From NCBI GenBank assembly GCA_030740435.1, contig JASLXG010000066.1, positions 24,603 through 88,602 on the forward strand: a stretch of DNA of 64,000 nt, read 5' to 3'. Below are positions 63,092 through 64,000 of the stretch, piece after piece (position 1 is the stretch's first letter; each line of letters opens with the position of its first letter). The notes below the pieces were generated by a model that was not told where the DNA came from, ran no database searches, and worked only from the letters and a program-made list of their open reading frames with translations. Source of the DNA: Alphaproteobacteria bacterium (GTDB lineage Bacteria > Pseudomonadota > Alphaproteobacteria > UBA2966). The translations under genes and the position numbers were made by a program.

Positions 63092-63125
63092 GTAAGTAGC
63101 GTCAAGCGCAGAGCGGGGGAGCGGC

Positions 63126-64000
63126 ATGCTGATCAAACGGCAAAAAGGCTGGGAGCTGCCCGAGGCGGCAGCCAGCGACGAGCGCCATTTCCTCGACCGG
63201 CGCCGCTTGATGCAGGGGCTGGCGGCGGGATCGATCCTGGCGGCGGCGTCGCCGCTGGTCTCGGCGGCACGGGCCGCGGGCGATCCTTCGGGCCAGCTTT
63301 ATCCCGCGGCCGGCAGTTCGAAATACCCGGCCGGCCGCGAGGTGACGGCCGAGAAGTTCGCCGCCACCTACAACAACTTCTACGAATTCGGCTCGCACAA
63401 GGAGATCGCCCGGGCGGCCCAGAACCTGAAGATCCGGCCCTGGCAAATCCGCATCGACGGCCTGGTGGAAAAGCCCTTCAGCATCGCCATCGACGAGCTG
63501 CTGGCCCGGGTGGCGCTGGAGGAACGCGTCTACCGCCAGCGCTGCGTCGAGGCCTGGTCGATGGTGGTGCCCTGGACCGGCTTTCCCCTGCGCGCTCTGT
63601 TGGACCTGGCGCGGCCGCTGGGCAGCGCCAAATACCTGGTCATGCAGACCTTCAAGGATGCGGGCCAGGCGCCCGGCCAGAAGCAGTTCTGGTATCCCTG
63701 GCCCTATACGGAGTGCCTTACCATGGCCGAGGCGGCCCACGATCTGGCCTTTCTGGTCAGCGGCGCCTATGGCAAGCCGGCGGCCAAGCAGTTCGGCGCG
63801 CCGCTGCGCCTGGCCGTGCCCTGGAAATACGGCTTCAAGTCGGTCAAGTCGATCAACCGCTTCAGTTTCGTCGAGCGCCGCCCCAAGACCTTCTGGGAGG
63901 AGATCCAGCCCCGCGAATACGGCTTCTGGGCCAACGTCAATCCCCAAGTCGACCACCCCCGCTGGAGCCAGGCCAGCGAACGCGTGCTGGGCGGCAGCCA
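63126..64000 (+). CDS. msrP: Protein-methionine-sulfoxide reductase catalytic subunit MsrP (YedY), Tat-exported, Mo-MPT; the 3' end lies outside the window
   Basis: Tat motif RRRLMQGLAAGS. The YNNFYEFG signature and the sulfite-oxidase-fold blocks fit MsrP. Confidence 0.8.
   Translation, partial: MLIKRQKGWELPEAAASDERHFLDRRRLMQGLAAGSILAAASPLVSAARAAGDPSGQLYPAAGSSKYPAGREVTAEKFAATYNNFYEFGSHKEIARAAQNLKIRPWQIRIDGLVEKPFSIAIDELLARVALEERVYRQRCVEAWSMVVPWTGFPLRALLDLARPLGSAKYLVMQTFKDAGQAPGQKQFWYPWPYTECLTMAEAAHDLAFLVSGAYGKPAAKQFGAPLRLAVPWKYGFKSVKSINRFSFVERRPKTFWEEIQPREYGFWANVNPQVDHPRWSQASERVLGGS

Noticed and set aside
63102-63956. 284-aa minus-strand ORF antisense to msrP
   Set aside because: It overlaps a strongly supported MsrP gene (Tat signal, YNNFYEFG motif) and has no motif of its own.

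Overview
High-GC (~65%) window that looks alphaproteobacterial (a bc1 petABC operon, apt, mtnP, cca and a MoxR/Bat-like operon are all present). No rRNA, tRNA, CRISPR array or IS/transposase could be supported.

The left 23.6 kb (3-23637) is one uninterrupted, co-directional (+ strand) gene cluster.
- It opens with the 3' end of a di-haem cytochrome c peroxidase-like gene and an arsenite-oxidase-like aioB-aioA pair (Tat-Rieske small subunit plus a molybdopterin subunit with a C-X2-C-X3-C motif).
- These are followed by a cytoplasmic HEAT-repeat protein and a secreted beta-sandwich protein.
- Next come two tandem, anciently diverged paralogous modules, each encoding a signal-peptide-bearing CydA-like (cytochrome bd subunit I homolog) membrane protein with no CydB, plus three c-type cytochromes: a membrane-anchored di-haem, a membrane mono-haem, and a di-haem fused to an EB_dh/DOMON-like domain with a C-terminal TM anchor.
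- Module 1 carries two extra cytochromes c. The AT-rich inter-module spacer holds three tiny single-TM ORFs.
- The cluster ends with a USP / radical-SAM-SPASM / HemY-like oxidase trio that shares PCP_red-like C-terminal domains, followed by a clean rho-independent terminator and an AT-rich break.
- This cytochrome bd-like (no CydB) / multi-cytochrome-c complex physically linked to aioBA is the main candidate for an undescribed respiratory system.

The remaining 40 kb mixes housekeeping and accessory genes, several with signs of decay.
- A TPR/GT41 OGT-like gene is broken by two frameshifts.
- A dinJ-yafQ toxin-antitoxin pair has a toxin interrupted by an in-frame amber codon.
- A GNAT ORF has no stop until it is deep into a convergent gene.
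- There is also an orphan ccoS/fixS and an EF-G paralog lacking the catalytic histidine.
- All pseudogene calls depend on sequence accuracy, since one frameshift sits in a T6 homopolymer.
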